Shown here one piece after another: positions 37,440-46,877 of a stretch of DNA of 58,578 nt. The stretch is from a virus. Its lineage: Duplodnaviria; Caudoviricetes. The position numbers were made by a program, and so were the translations under genes. The notes under the pieces were generated by a model that was given only the letters and a program-made list of their open reading frames with translations, was not told the origin of the DNA and did not search any database. Each line of letters opens with the position of its first letter. The first letter of the stretch is position 1. The DNA is taken from the IMG/VR virus record IMGVR_UViG_3300008107_000057, positions 1-58,578 of that record, one strand, 5' to 3'.

Positions 37440-40400
37440 ATGGCAACATTAAATTCACCAGGCGCAGAAGTAACCGTTATCGACGAGAGCTTCTATACGC
37501 CAGCAGAGCCAGGGACAGTACCACTGATCGTAGTGGCTACAGGCCAGAATAAGAAAAACGGTGCAGGCACAGGAACAGCGGCTGCAACGACAAAGGCTAA
37601 TGCAGGAAAAGCATTTAAAATTACAAGTCAACGAGATTTAGTTGACAACTACGGCGTACCGTTATTTGAAAAGACAGTAAGCGGTACACCAGTTCACGGC
37701 TCAGAAAGAAACGAATACGGTCTGCTATCAGCATACAGTTTGCTAGGTGTTTCTAATGCAGCATTTATTGTTCGTGCAGATATTAATCTAGACGAACTAG
37801 CAGGTACAACAACAGCCCCGGGAGCGAATCCAGATGATGGCGATTGGTGGTTAGACACCAAGAACACTGCTTGGGGTATTTTCGAATGGAACGGCAATGC
37901 CAGTTCTACAACAGGTGGTCAAAAGTTCGCAACAAAGACTCCTATTGTATTAACATCCGACGATGCTACTAAAGTAGAAAACAGCGCAACATACGGCCGC
38001 GCACCTAAGGCCAGTGTTGGTGTTCCAGGAGACTATGCAGTGGTTGCTGAAGCTAATGCAACATACTCAGAAACAACCGAGCCTGTAAGAATGTTCTATA
38101 AGCGCGATGTAACACTACTAGGTGGTGATGCGTGGGTGCTTCTAGGCTCAAACGATTGGACTGCAAGCCATGCAGCAGTTAAAGGTACAGTAACAAGTCC
38201 TACAATTACAGTTGGTCAAACTTTCTTAATCAATGGTGTTACTGTTACTGCTAACGGTACAACAGCAGCAAGTTTAGTTACTGCTATCAATGCATTAAAT
38301 ATCAACGGTGTTAAAGCAGCAAGATTCTTTGACAGAGTGCAGTTGTATACAGACGGCACTAACGATTTAGTTGGTGATTCTTCACTGTCAAATGCGATTG
38401 TTATTGCTAGTGGTGGTGGTAATCCAGGAACAATTTTGACAGCCGTGGGATTTACCGCAGGCACATATTATGGTCCTCAACTACAAATGAGCCCACATAC
38501 TTCTGTTCCAGAGTTTAAGTCTACTGATGCAGCACCTCGTCCAAGCGGCAGCGTATGGATCAAGACAACTGAAGCAAATATTGGTTCTCGTTGGAGATTG
38601 AAGGCATGGTCAACAGCTACAGCATTATGGACAGCCGTTGATGCATCACTATATGCAACACCACACGCAGCTATCTATTATCTAGATAGAACAGGTGGCG
38701 GTGCTAAAATTCCTAAAAATGCTGCATTTGTTCAATACAACTTTGAAGAAGATTTTGGTTACGATTCAACCCCGCAAACCGCAACATTTAGAGTTTGGAA
38801 AAGAAAACAAGTTGGACAAACAAGTATTGCTTCTACTGTAGTAACCGCAAGTACATTTACTGCTGGTCTAAACACATTCACAATACGTGAAATGAAGTTA
38901 GGCACCTTAGCATTAGATTCAGCTAAAACAGTGCAATTTACAGCAGCAGGTACAGCAGCCGATGCTGATAGACTAGCAACAGCAATTAACGCACTAGCAT
39001 TAACTCAAGTTGAAGCCAGTGTTACATCTAACAATGAAATTGTTATTGTTCATAAAACAGGCGGCGACATTAGATTCACTGACGGTACCAACGTACCATT
39101 AAGCAAGGTGTTTAGCGCATTTAATTTGTCAACACTAACTGGTACTGCTAATTTATATGAAATGCCTGCAGGTGATGGCGGAACATTCCTAGCATCTAAT
39201 TGGGTTCCAATGGCAACTGCGGATACCGACTTTAAAGTAAAAGCAAGTGCTCCATTAAACGAAGCAGCAGATGGCCAGTTATGGTTTAATCCAAGCTTTA
39301 GCGATGTTGATATTATGGTTCATAATGGTACAGTATGGAAAGGATACAAATCTGTATTCCCTACTACTGATCCAGCAGGTCCTATTGTTGCAGCATCTAA
39401 GCCAACAACACAAAGCGATGGAACAGCACTAGTAGATAATGACTTATGGATTAGCACAGCAGATCCAGAAAATTATCCAGTGATGTATAGATACAACAAC
39501 AGTGCAAAAGAGTGGACACTGATTGACAAAGCCGACGACCAAGGCGACGAAGGTGTAGTCTTTGGTGATGCACGTTATGGTTCAACTGGCGCAACAGGTA
39601 ACACAGCAGCAAGTATTGTTGATTTGTTAACCAGTGACTTTGTTGACCCAGATAGTCCTGATCCAGCACTTTACCCACGTGGCATTTTATTGTTTAACAC
39701 AAGACGCAGCAGCGGTAACGTTAAGAAATATAGAAACAACTACATCAATGTTAATACAGATAACACTAGATATCTAGGTCAATCAATGGCAGCATACGCA
39801 ACTGATCGTTGGGTAACTGCTAGCGGTAACCAAGAAGACGGTTCCGGTACATTTGGTCGTATTGCACAACGTCAAGTAGTTATTCAAGCATTGAAATCAG
39901 TGGTTGATACAAGCACAGAGATTCGTGACGAAGAGCGCCGTAACTTTAACTTGATTGCTTGCCCAGGTTATCCAGAGTTGTTGAGCAACTTGAATAACTT
40001 AAACTTGAATCGCGGTGTTACATCGTTTGTTGTTGGTGACACTCCATTCCGTTTACCAGCTAATGCAACTGCATTAACTAACTGGGGAACAAATGCCAAT
40101 GGCGCACTAGACAACGGTGACAAAGGTATTGTTACATACGACGAGTATTGTGCAGTGTTTTATCCAAACGGATTTACAACTGACCTAAGTGGTACAAACG
40201 CAGTAGTTCCAGCATCACACATGATGTTGCGTACAATTGCATTAAGCGACCAAGTTAGCTATCCATGGTTTGCACCAGCAGGTACAAGACGTGGTGGTAT
40301 TACTAACGCTACCGCAGTTGGTTATCTAGATGCTTCTACTGGTGAATTCCAAACAGTGGCATTGAACGAAGGCCAACGTGATACATTATATGATATCAAA

Positions 40401-40790
40401 GTAAACCCAATTGCATTCTTTAACGGTGTAGGCCATGTTAACTATGGTCAAAAAACTCGTGCTAAGAATGCCAGTGCTTTAGATCGCATTAACGTTGCAC
40501 GTTTAGTAGTTTACTTACGTAGTCAATTATCTAAGTTAGCTCGCCCATATGTGTTTGAACCAAACGATAAAATTACTCGTGACGAAATCAAACAGGCATG
40601 TGACAGTTTGCTATTAGAATTAGTAGGCTTACGAGCTATCTATGACTTTGCAGTTGTTTGTGACGAAAGTAACAACACAGCAAGCAGAATTGATAGAAAC
40701 GAGCTTTATGTGGATATTGCGATTGAACCAGTGAAAGCCATTGAGTTTATCTACATCCCATTAAGACTAAAGAATACAGGGGAGATTTAA
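37440..40790 (+). CDS. gp18: contractile tail sheath protein with large insertions (1116 aa)
   Basis: SPGAEVTVIDES, PWFAPAGTRRG, RDTLY..KVNPI, GQKT...SALDRINVARL, FEPND..TR, VVCDESNN...IDRNEL.VDI.IEP.K.IEFI. TAAATA at 37400-37405. Confidence 0.95.
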   Translation: MATLNSPGAEVTVIDESFYTPAEPGTVPLIVVATGQNKKNGAGTGTAAATTKANAGKAFKITSQRDLVDNYGVPLFEKTVSGTPVHGSERNEYGLLSAYSLLGVSNAAFIVRADINLDELAGTTTAPGANPDDGDWWLDTKNTAWGIFEWNGNASSTTGGQKFATKTPIVLTSDDATKVENSATYGRAPKASVGVPGDYAVVAEANATYSETTEPVRMFYKRDVTLLGGDAWVLLGSNDWTASHAAVKGTVTSPTITVGQTFLINGVTVTANGTTAASLVTAINALNINGVKAARFFDRVQLYTDGTNDLVGDSSLSNAIVIASGGGNPGTILTAVGFTAGTYYGPQLQMSPHTSVPEFKSTDAAPRPSGSVWIKTTEANIGSRWRLKAWSTATALWTAVDASLYATPHAAIYYLDRTGGGAKIPKNAAFVQYNFEEDFGYDSTPQTATFRVWKRKQVGQTSIASTVVTASTFTAGLNTFTIREMKLGTLALDSAKTVQFTAAGTAADADRLATAINALALTQVEASVTSNNEIVIVHKTGGDIRFTDGTNVPLSKVFSAFNLSTLTGTANLYEMPAGDGGTFLASNWVPMATADTDFKVKASAPLNEAADGQLWFNPSFSDVDIMVHNGTVWKGYKSVFPTTDPAGPIVAASKPTTQSDGTALVDNDLWISTADPENYPVMYRYNNSAKEWTLIDKADDQGDEGVVFGDARYGSTGATGNTAASIVDLLTSDFVDPDSPDPALYPRGILLFNTRRSSGNVKKYRNNYINVNTDNTRYLGQSMAAYATDRWVTASGNQEDGSGTFGRIAQRQVVIQALKSVVDTSTEIRDEERRNFNLIACPGYPELLSNLNNLNLNRGVTSFVVGDTPFRLPANATALTNWGTNANGALDNGDKGIVTYDEYCAVFYPNGFTTDLSGTNAVVPASHMMLRTIALSDQVSYPWFAPAGTRRGGITNATAVGYLDASTGEFQTVALNEGQRDTLYDIKVNPIAFFNGVGHVNYGQKTRAKNASALDRINVARLVVYLRSQLSKLARPYVFEPNDKITRDEIKQACDSLLLELVGLRAIYDFAVVCDESNNTASRIDRNELYVDIAIEPVKAIEFIYIPLRLKNTGEI

Positions 40791-40793
40791 TAA

Positions 40794-41441
40794 ATGGCTA
40801 TTACTTCATTAAACAAGTACACAGTACCGCTAGCTAGTAACCAATCTAGCTCAACACAAGGTCTGTTAATGCCAAAACTAAAGTACCGCTTCAGAGTGGT
40901 ACTACAAGGTTTTGGTGCAAACGGTTCAATCTCTACAGAACTAACTAAACAAGTTAGCGATGTTACAAGACCAAAAGTATCGTTTGAAGAAATCGAAATC
41001 CCTGTTTACAACAGTAAGGTTTACCTAGCTGGCAAGTACACATGGGAAACTATGACGCTTAACCTACGTGACGATGCTTCCGGCAACGTACAACGTTTGG
41101 TTGGCGAGCAAGTTCAAAAGCAGTTCGACTTCATGGAACAAGCTGCTGCACGTTCAGGCATTGATTATAAGTTTACAACTAAGATCGAAATCCTAGACGG
41201 TGGCAATGGCGCACAAACTCCAAGCATTTTAGAAACATTTGAAGTGTATGGTTGTTTCATTCAAAATGCTGACTACGGCGAAATGAACTATGCAACAAAC
41301 GAGCCAGCAACAGTGGCATTAACAATTCGCTTCGATAACGCTATCCAGTACAAAGGTGGCGCAATTGACGGTATTGGTCGTTCTATTGGTACTAGAATTG
41401 CAGCAGGTGCAGGAAGCACAGGCGGCGGCGCTACAAACTAA
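40794..41441 (+). CDS. gp19: tail tube protein
   Basis: Directly follows the sheath; PKLKYRFRV, V.RP..SFEEI, AGK.TWE...L.LRDD, YGCF...DYG, LTIRFD. Confidence 0.85.
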   Translation: MAITSLNKYTVPLASNQSSSTQGLLMPKLKYRFRVVLQGFGANGSISTELTKQVSDVTRPKVSFEEIEIPVYNSKVYLAGKYTWETMTLNLRDDASGNVQRLVGEQVQKQFDFMEQAAARSGIDYKFTTKIEILDGGNGAQTPSILETFEVYGCFIQNADYGEMNYATNEPATVALTIRFDNAIQYKGGAIDGIGRSIGTRIAAGAGSTGGGATN

Positions 41442-41457
41442 TCAATATTGGTTTAAG

Positions 41458-41486
41458 AAAAAAGCTCGGGAAACCGAGCTTTTTTT
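41458..41486 (+). terminator. rho-independent terminator after the tail tube gene
   Basis: AAAAAAGCTCGG-GAAA-CCGAGCTTTTTT. Confidence 0.85.
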
Positions 41487-41502
41487 ATCGGTAAATAAAT
41501 GT

Positions 41503-42579
41503 ATGGCAGATAAATTTACAAGATTCCTAACCGGCGTTGTTAACGGCGCAACAAATCCTAAAGGTCAAATGGGCAACTTCCGCCATGCGACTCGCATGTT
41601 TGTGGATAACAACTATGCATTGGCACCAAGAACTAAGTTTATGTTCTACGTGCAATTTGACATTGATAGTCTAGCAGCTGGTGCAACAGTATTCAAAATG
41701 AAACACGCTAGAGAAGTTGGCATACTTTGTAAGTCAGCAGATCTACCAAAATTTACCTTTGATCAAATTACAAAAAATCAGTATAACAGAAAAAAGATTA
41801 TCTATAAGCAGATCAATTACGATCCGATTAATCTAACTTTTCACGACGATAATACTGGTGTTATTAACGCTCTTTGGGCTTTGTACTACGGTGCATATGT
41901 AGTTGATAGACAACTACCCAACGCAGCATACAAGGCTAATCATTATCGACCAGCTGGTCAGATTATGAACAATTATGCCTACGGTCTAGATAATAATGTA
42001 ACAGTTCCGTTTATTAAAAGTATTTCGATTTACACAATGAGTCGTCGTAGATACAACGGATACACTTTAGTTAATCCAAAAATTATTAATTGGAATCACG
42101 GTAGTATGTCGTATGCAGAAGGTGGTACTGCAGAAAGTACCATGCAGGTTGCTTACGAATCTGTACAATATAGTACAGGCAAAGTGTATCAAAACAATCC
42201 TAAAGGATTTGCCAATCAAGCCTACTACGATTTATTGCCAAGTCCATTGAGTGTAGCGGGTGGCGGTACTGTTAGTCTGTTAGGTGAAGGCGGAGTGTTA
42301 GCAGGTGCAGATCAAGTATTCCAAAATTTTGCAGACGGTACTGCATTTGGTAGCATCGGTGGTTTCTTAAATACAGCCATTGCCGCAGTTAACACCGCGC
42401 AGAACATAGCATCACTAACTAAAGAAGGACTTGCATCGGAAGCATTAAATTTGCTTACTAGTGATTCTGGTATTGACGTTGGCAATGTAGTCAGCGGCGT
42501 TCAAGGAGCATTTTTTCCAAAGAATGACGCAGCTCAAGCAGCCACACAAGCATCACAACGAAATCTTACAGGACAATAA
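41503..42579 (+). CDS. tube-fold baseplate / tail tube initiator (gp48/gp54-like)
   Basis: Tube-like motifs CKSADLPKF, NQYNRK, YDPI.LTFHDD. True start is probably ATG 41503, after the terminator and 5 nt after TAAATA (41492-41497). Confidence 0.65.
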   Translation: MADKFTRFLTGVVNGATNPKGQMGNFRHATRMFVDNNYALAPRTKFMFYVQFDIDSLAAGATVFKMKHAREVGILCKSADLPKFTFDQITKNQYNRKKIIYKQINYDPINLTFHDDNTGVINALWALYYGAYVVDRQLPNAAYKANHYRPAGQIMNNYAYGLDNNVTVPFIKSISIYTMSRRRYNGYTLVNPKIINWNHGSMSYAEGGTAESTMQVAYESVQYSTGKVYQNNPKGFANQAYYDLLPSPLSVAGGGTVSLLGEGGVLAGADQVFQNFADGTAFGSIGGFLNTAIAAVNTAQNIASLTKEGLASEALNLLTSDSGIDVGNVVSGVQGAFFPKNDAAQAATQASQRNLTGQ

Positions 42580-42948
42580 ATGAGCACGAATCTACCCCCA
42601 CGCGATAATAACGACAGCGCACGGGCTACTAAACTATTCTTTGATAGTTATGGTAAAGTACCCCTTCAGTTTAATGCAAATGAAGTTGGAGCAGCTCAGG
42701 CATTTTTTGAAACTAAGGGATTTGACCTAGATGCATCGGCCTTGACTTCTGCTGTTCTATTAAAGCAAGCAAAATTAGATAACATGAATGTTTTTGAAAT
42801 ACTCGATACATTAAAGGGTTTCAGCAACATTCAACTAAGCGCACTAGTAGCAGAAATTATTAATAATAATCGCCCAGCAACATCTACACTAGGTTATAGA
42901 AGAACCAGAGTAAACAACGAAACCGTTAACAGGAATATTATACCGTAA
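42580..42948 (+). CDS. hypothetical protein
   Basis: 122-aa ORF abutting both neighbours. Confidence 0.65.
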   Translation: MSTNLPPRDNNDSARATKLFFDSYGKVPLQFNANEVGAAQAFFETKGFDLDASALTSAVLLKQAKLDNMNVFEILDTLKGFSNIQLSALVAEIINNNRPATSTLGYRRTRVNNETVNRNIIP

Positions 42949-43388
42949 TGGGACGTTTTGCACAAGGTAAATTCGAAATGAAAAATCCCGAGAAGTATAT
43001 TGGGAAGAAAACACCGTTGGCAAGAAGTAGCTGGGAGTTTGTGTTTATGAGAATGCTCGACGAGCATCCCAGCGTAGAGAAATGGGCCAGCGAAGCAATT
43101 CAAATTCCATATCGTGATCCGCTAACTGGTAAACACACAATATATGTTCCGGACTTCTTTGTTAATTATATTGACAAAGGCGGAAAACGCCACGCAGAAG
43201 TAGTAGAAGTAAAACCAGAAAGTCAAACTCTCCGAGAAAAGACTGGCAAGAGTCAATACAATCAACAACAGTATGTAAAGAATCTAGCTAAATGGGAAGC
43301 AGCCCAAGCATGGTGCAAACAACAAGGTATTAGGTTTAGGGTCGTAAACGAAGGTGATATTTTTCATCAAGGCTCAAAACGTAGATAA
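42948..43388 (+). CDS. gp4: head completion nuclease (TnsA-like PD-(D/E)xK)
   Basis: NPEKY.G, RSSWE, WASE...IPY, YVPDF, EVKP and N.AKWEAA..WC. Confidence 0.88.
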   Translation: MGRFAQGKFEMKNPEKYIGKKTPLARSSWEFVFMRMLDEHPSVEKWASEAIQIPYRDPLTGKHTIYVPDFFVNYIDKGGKRHAEVVEVKPESQTLREKTGKSQYNQQQYVKNLAKWEAAQAWCKQQGIRFRVVNEGDIFHQGSKRR

Positions 43389-43395
43389 GTACTGT

Positions 43396-43869
43396 ATGAC
43401 AAAAAAATTGGAAGAACTCTTTAATTTAGCTGATACAGATCCGGAAACGGATGTGGCTCTTCCGGTTGAGCATCAAGAAGTTATGGACATAGAACGCAGT
43501 TATAAAGAAGCAGAAGCAATTGCTGCTACTTTGCCAACTATCACAGAACTAAACAATCTTGACGAACAAGAATTAGATGCGCTTTCTAAAAAAGCAGAAA
43601 CAGCATATGACGATTTAATGGATTTAGGCATGAATGTAGAAGTGCGATATGCCAGTCGAATTTTTGAAGTTGCTAGTAGTATGTTAGGTCATGCAATTAC
43701 TGCTAAATCTAACAAAGTCGAAAAGAAGCTAAAAGCCATTGATATACAACTAAAAAAATACAAAATCGATAAAGATAACAATGAAGACCCAAATAATGTC
43801 CTAAACGGGCAGGGCTACATTATTACAGATCGCAACGAATTGATCAAAAAACTCGGTGGAAAGGAATAA
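43396..43869 (+). CDS. putative terminase small subunit
   Basis: Helical ORF upstream of terminase, with RIFEVA..ML and a C-terminal ITDRNELIK segment reminiscent of gp16. ATG 43396 follows TAAGTA. Confidence 0.5.
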   Translation: MTKKLEELFNLADTDPETDVALPVEHQEVMDIERSYKEAEAIAATLPTITELNNLDEQELDALSKKAETAYDDLMDLGMNVEVRYASRIFEVASSMLGHAITAKSNKVEKKLKAIDIQLKKYKIDKDNNEDPNNVLNGQGYIITDRNELIKKLGGKE

Positions 43870-43877
43870 ATATTACT

Positions 43878-44447
43878 ATGAAAACTTTTAAAGAATACCT
43901 ATCTGAAAGCAAAAAAGTTTGGTCTTTTAGGATCAAAGTTGCTGGCGAATTGCCAGAGGGCTTTCAAGCAACTGTCAAAGACAGACTACAAAAATTTGGT
44001 GTAACTCGTTTCGAAAAATCATCTCAATCTCCAATTCAAAAAACTGCACTTGATTTTCCGCAGTTAGAGAATGTTGAAGTTGCAGTGTTTGAAATAGAAA
44101 CTGCTTATCCAACTACACCACCAGAATTACTAAATGTAATTAAGACATGTAATCTAATCAAAGAAGAATATATTCTTGTTAGATATACATCCGAAGAAAT
44201 GGATATCATCGATGATGCAAAAGCAGATTCGTTGTTGGCCGATTCAACATATAGTGAAGTTGCTAAAATCAAACACAAAGATTATTTTGGTGACGAATTT
44301 AATACAGCATTTCTAAAAGACTTAGAAAAGACTGCTAAACAACGCAGAAAAGATTTGGGACATGACAGTAAAAAAGTAGATGTTCTAGCAACAGCTCCCA
44401 AAGTAAAAACTGATAAAACTGGCTCTAAGAGTCCTATGGGGAGTTAA
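43878..44447 (+). CDS. hypothetical protein, probable internal head protein
   Basis: N-terminus MKTFKEYLSE resembles the T4 capsid-targeting sequence; TAAATA 5 nt upstream. Confidence 0.6.
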   Translation: MKTFKEYLSESKKVWSFRIKVAGELPEGFQATVKDRLQKFGVTRFEKSSQSPIQKTALDFPQLENVEVAVFEIETAYPTTPPELLNVIKTCNLIKEEYILVRYTSEEMDIIDDAKADSLLADSTYSEVAKIKHKDYFGDEFNTAFLKDLEKTAKQRRKDLGHDSKKVDVLATAPKVKTDKTGSKSPMGS

Positions 44448-44448
44448 T

Positions 44449-45264
44449 ATGAATTTCAATGAATTATACAAAAGAATTAATAATATCGATAAAGGTTTAA
44501 CCGAGTGCGGGGAACCAATGGGTGCAATGATGGGCAATCAGCCTACTACACCACCTCCAACTATGAGCGTTAATTTTAATGCTCAAGGCATGGACAATAT
44601 TAAAAGCATGATGGATCTATGGACCAAGGTCAATCCAGATATGATGCCAGCAGGCGGTTTGCCACCTACTCCATCGTTATCAGATCCTTCAATGTCAAAA
44701 ACACCAACACTACAACTAACACCTCCAATGGGCGCAAGTTCAGATGACATCGATGATTTATCTCCAAGTGATATGGGAGATAACGATTTAGACATCGACA
44801 TCGATGGCGACGATACTCCAGACATTGCAATTGGTTCAGACGACCGTGATGACGTTTCTACAGCAATGGGCGACATCGACGGTGATGGCGATCACGACAT
44901 GGACGACCATGATGCTGAGAAAACAGGTTTTGCTAACAAGCCAGACGAAAAGTATGCAGACATCGATGACATTACTACCAAAGCCGGCGGCGGCATGAAT
45001 GGTCCTAAGAATCCTAAAGACCTACGTGTAAAAGATCCTTCACCGTATGAAAACGAAGAGTATGCAAATTCACCAGACGAGCATACAGATGATCATTTAC
45101 GAATCATCAAACACCTAGCAGGTGGCATGAACAAAGAAAAACCTATGGTCAAGCACAGCTACAAGCAAGGTGATAATCCAATGGCAATGCCAGAGAGCGA
45201 AGATCCGTTAGCGAGTATTAAACATGATCTACGTTCAAGACTACAAAACTACAAAGCACAGTAA
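44449..45264 (+). CDS. acidic low-complexity protein with DxDxDG motifs
   Basis: DIDIDGDDTPD, DIDGDGDHDMDD, duplicated (F/Y)AN.PDE; Pro/Met/Asp-rich. Confidence 0.65.
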   Translation: MNFNELYKRINNIDKGLTECGEPMGAMMGNQPTTPPPTMSVNFNAQGMDNIKSMMDLWTKVNPDMMPAGGLPPTPSLSDPSMSKTPTLQLTPPMGASSDDIDDLSPSDMGDNDLDIDIDGDDTPDIAIGSDDRDDVSTAMGDIDGDGDHDMDDHDAEKTGFANKPDEKYADIDDITTKAGGGMNGPKNPKDLRVKDPSPYENEEYANSPDEHTDDHLRIIKHLAGGMNKEKPMVKHSYKQGDNPMAMPESEDPLASIKHDLRSRLQNYKAQ

Positions 45265-45279
45265 TAAGGATACGACCCC

Positions 45280-46866
45280 ATGAGTAAAAGTCTCGACGGG
45301 GTCTTAATCAAAAAGGCCCATGCACCACAACGGTATACGCTTGAAGAAGTAAGACATCTCGAAGCTTGTATGGATCCTGTTACAGGACCGTTGTATTTCT
45401 GCAAAACTTTTTTAAAGATTCAGCACCCAGTACGTGGATCGATTCCATTTGTACCCTACGAATACCAAGAGCGATTAATTAATTCCTACCATACTCATAA
45501 GCAGTCGATTGGTATGTTACCGCGTCAGATGGGTAAAACTACGTGTGCAACTGGTTACCTATTATGGTACACGATGTTTGTTCCAGAAGCGCAGGTTCTG
45601 ATAGCGGCCCACAAATACGAAGGCGCACAGGATATTATGAATCGATATCGATTCGGCTACGAGAACTTGCCAGACTTTATTCGTGCAGGTGTTTATTCTT
45701 ATAATCGTAATACAATCGAATACGATAATGGCGCACGTATTCAAGCAACTACTACAACAGAAAACACAGGTCGTGGTAAATCTCTTTCATTAATTTACTG
45801 CGATGAGTTCGCATTCGTTCAACCTCCAGAGAAAGCCAAAGAGTTTTGGACTGCGTTATCACCAACCCTATCAACGGGTGGTAAATGTATTATTACATCA
45901 ACACCCAACAGTGACGAGGATCAGTTTGCTCTTATCTGGACTGAAGCTAACAAGAAGTTTGATGAGTTTGGTAACGAACAAGAGTTAGGTTCAAACGGAT
46001 TTTACAGTTTCTTTGCACATTGGAGCGAGCATCCAGATCGTGACGAAGCATGGGCAGCAGTTGAACGTAGTAAAATTGGTGCAGAGCGTTTCCGCAGAGA
46101 GTTTGATTGTGAATTTTTGATCTTTGACGAAACATTAATCAACGCAGTACGTCTTGCAGAAATGAAAGGTGTTGAGCCCACAATGACTATGGGACAAACA
46201 CGCTGGTATAAAGATATTAACCCGCAGGCAACATATTTGATTGCACTTGATCCTAGCCTAGGAACAGGCGGTGACTACGGTGCTATTCAAGTCTACGAAA
46301 TGCCAAGCATGGTTCAAGTTGCAGAATGGCATCATAACTTAACTCCTATTCAAAAGCAAGTTAGACACATGCGTGAAATTTGCAAATACATTTCTGATCG
46401 CGGCGAGGAATTAGGCGGCGTTCCGCAGATATATTATTCGGTCGAAAATAACACAATCGGCGAAGCAGCATTAATGGTAATCAGTGATATTGGTGAAGAA
46501 AACTTTCCTGGATTGTTCCTAAGCGAACCGATACGCAAGGGTCATGTACGTAAGTTCCGCAAGGGATTTAACACAACACATAAGACCAAAATCACTGCTT
46601 GTAGCCAATTAAAGAATCTAATCGAAACACAAAAAATGACTATTAAGTCAAAACCCTTGATGTCAGAACTAAAAACCTTTGTTGCACACGGTGTAGGATA
46701 TGGTGCAAAATCTGGAGAACACGACGATTTAGTATCTTCTACTTTACTATGCGTTAGAATGGCTAACGTGCTAGCAGATTGGGATCCTAAAATCTACGAT
46801 AAAATGACGGAAAAACTCAACGAGGATCAGTTGCCTATGCCAATCTTCATTAGCACAGGCTATTAA
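45280..46866 (+). CDS. gp17: terminase large subunit
   Basis: PRQMGKTT Walker A, IYCDEFAF Walker B, TSTPN, FRREF.CEF, and nuclease motifs ALDPSLG and HDDLV. Confidence 0.96.
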   Translation: MSKSLDGVLIKKAHAPQRYTLEEVRHLEACMDPVTGPLYFCKTFLKIQHPVRGSIPFVPYEYQERLINSYHTHKQSIGMLPRQMGKTTCATGYLLWYTMFVPEAQVLIAAHKYEGAQDIMNRYRFGYENLPDFIRAGVYSYNRNTIEYDNGARIQATTTTENTGRGKSLSLIYCDEFAFVQPPEKAKEFWTALSPTLSTGGKCIITSTPNSDEDQFALIWTEANKKFDEFGNEQELGSNGFYSFFAHWSEHPDRDEAWAAVERSKIGAERFRREFDCEFLIFDETLINAVRLAEMKGVEPTMTMGQTRWYKDINPQATYLIALDPSLGTGGDYGAIQVYEMPSMVQVAEWHHNLTPIQKQVRHMREICKYISDRGEELGGVPQIYYSVENNTIGEAALMVISDIGEENFPGLFLSEPIRKGHVRKFRKGFNTTHKTKITACSQLKNLIETQKMTIKSKPLMSELKTFVAHGVGYGAKSGEHDDLVSSTLLCVRMANVLADWDPKIYDKMTEKLNEDQLPMPIFISTGY

Positions 46867-46877
46867 CTAAATATACT

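Noticed and set aside
41356-41502. Extended N-terminus given in the ORF track for 41356..42579 (likewise 43354, 35598, 53290, 50429 and 36355)
   Set aside because: The extensions cross terminators, promoters or neighbouring genes; downstream ATGs next to TAAATA or an SD are better starts.
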